A stretch of DNA of 30,328 bases, taken from assembly GCA_019056785.1 (NCBI GenBank), contig DXJV01000101.1:1-30328 (forward strand), in the 5' to 3' direction. The stretch is from Candidatus Heimdallarchaeota archaeon. Its GTDB lineage: Archaea; Asgardarchaeota; Heimdallarchaeia; JABLTI01. This document shows positions 30,130-30,328 of the stretch, piece by piece. The notes beneath the pieces were generated by a model. That model searched no databases, was not told where the DNA came from, and was given only the letters and a program-made list of their open reading frames with translations. The translations under genes were made by a program, and so were the position numbers. Every line of letters starts with the position of its first letter. The stretch's first letter is position 1.

Positions 30130-30328
30130 TCATTTTAAGATGTTCCTTTTTTCCATCAGCTCTGTTTTCCATTGATGTGTGTGAGTATCAAAAGCCTCTT
30201 TCCATAACCCATAAAACTCTGCTTTTTTATAATCGAGAAAATAAAAGTCCACCTTTTTTGAAACCTTCCAAAGAAACTCTGAAAGGTTTGAAAAATGTGG
30301 TGCAGGGCAACGAATGTACCAGAGAAAA
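30130..30328 (-). CDS. C-terminal end of a hypothetical protein entering from beyond the window
   Basis: Open frame ...FLWYIRCPAPHFSNLSEFLWKVSKKVDFYFLDYKKAEFYGLWKEAFDTHTHQWKTELMEKRNILK* with protein-like composition. Confidence 0.65.
   Translation of the reverse strand, partial: FLWYIRCPAPHFSNLSEFLWKVSKKVDFYFLDYKKAEFYGLWKEAFDTHTHQWKTELMEKRNILK

Overview
AT-rich, gene-dense archaeal-looking window. It is most consistent with an Asgard (Heimdallarchaeia-like) chromosome; this is an inference from a TPR protein ending in a longin/roadblock-like domain, surface proteins with a C-terminal TM helix plus basic tail, and BRE/TATA-like promoters. The left two thirds is a mosaic of housekeeping and accessory genes: M42 peptidase, two GNATs, a long bactofilin-like beta-solenoid, an orphan amino-DNA methyltransferase, zinc-ribbon proteins, DUF302, MscS, GT4, HxlR regulator, GH2 beta-galactosidase and a flavodoxin-like protein. 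The most striking element is a minus-strand cluster at 16409-23115: a UvrD/PcrA helicase fused to an Fe-S RecB/Cas4-like nuclease, a 67-aa helical protein, a short Rad50/SbcC-like zinc-hook ATPase with non-canonical catalytic motifs and no adjacent Mre11/NurA/HerA, and a PIN-nuclease/TPR-like protein. This is a candidate undescribed Rad50-derived DNA-sensing (defence or repair) system. Other highlights are a hairpin- and pseudoknot-rich non-coding stretch (about 10300-10750), a circularly permuted family-5 ABC substrate-binding protein, and a divergent pair of repeat-rich surface proteins. No rRNA, tRNA, CRISPR array or transposase was seen. All calls come from motif reading only; no database searches were run.
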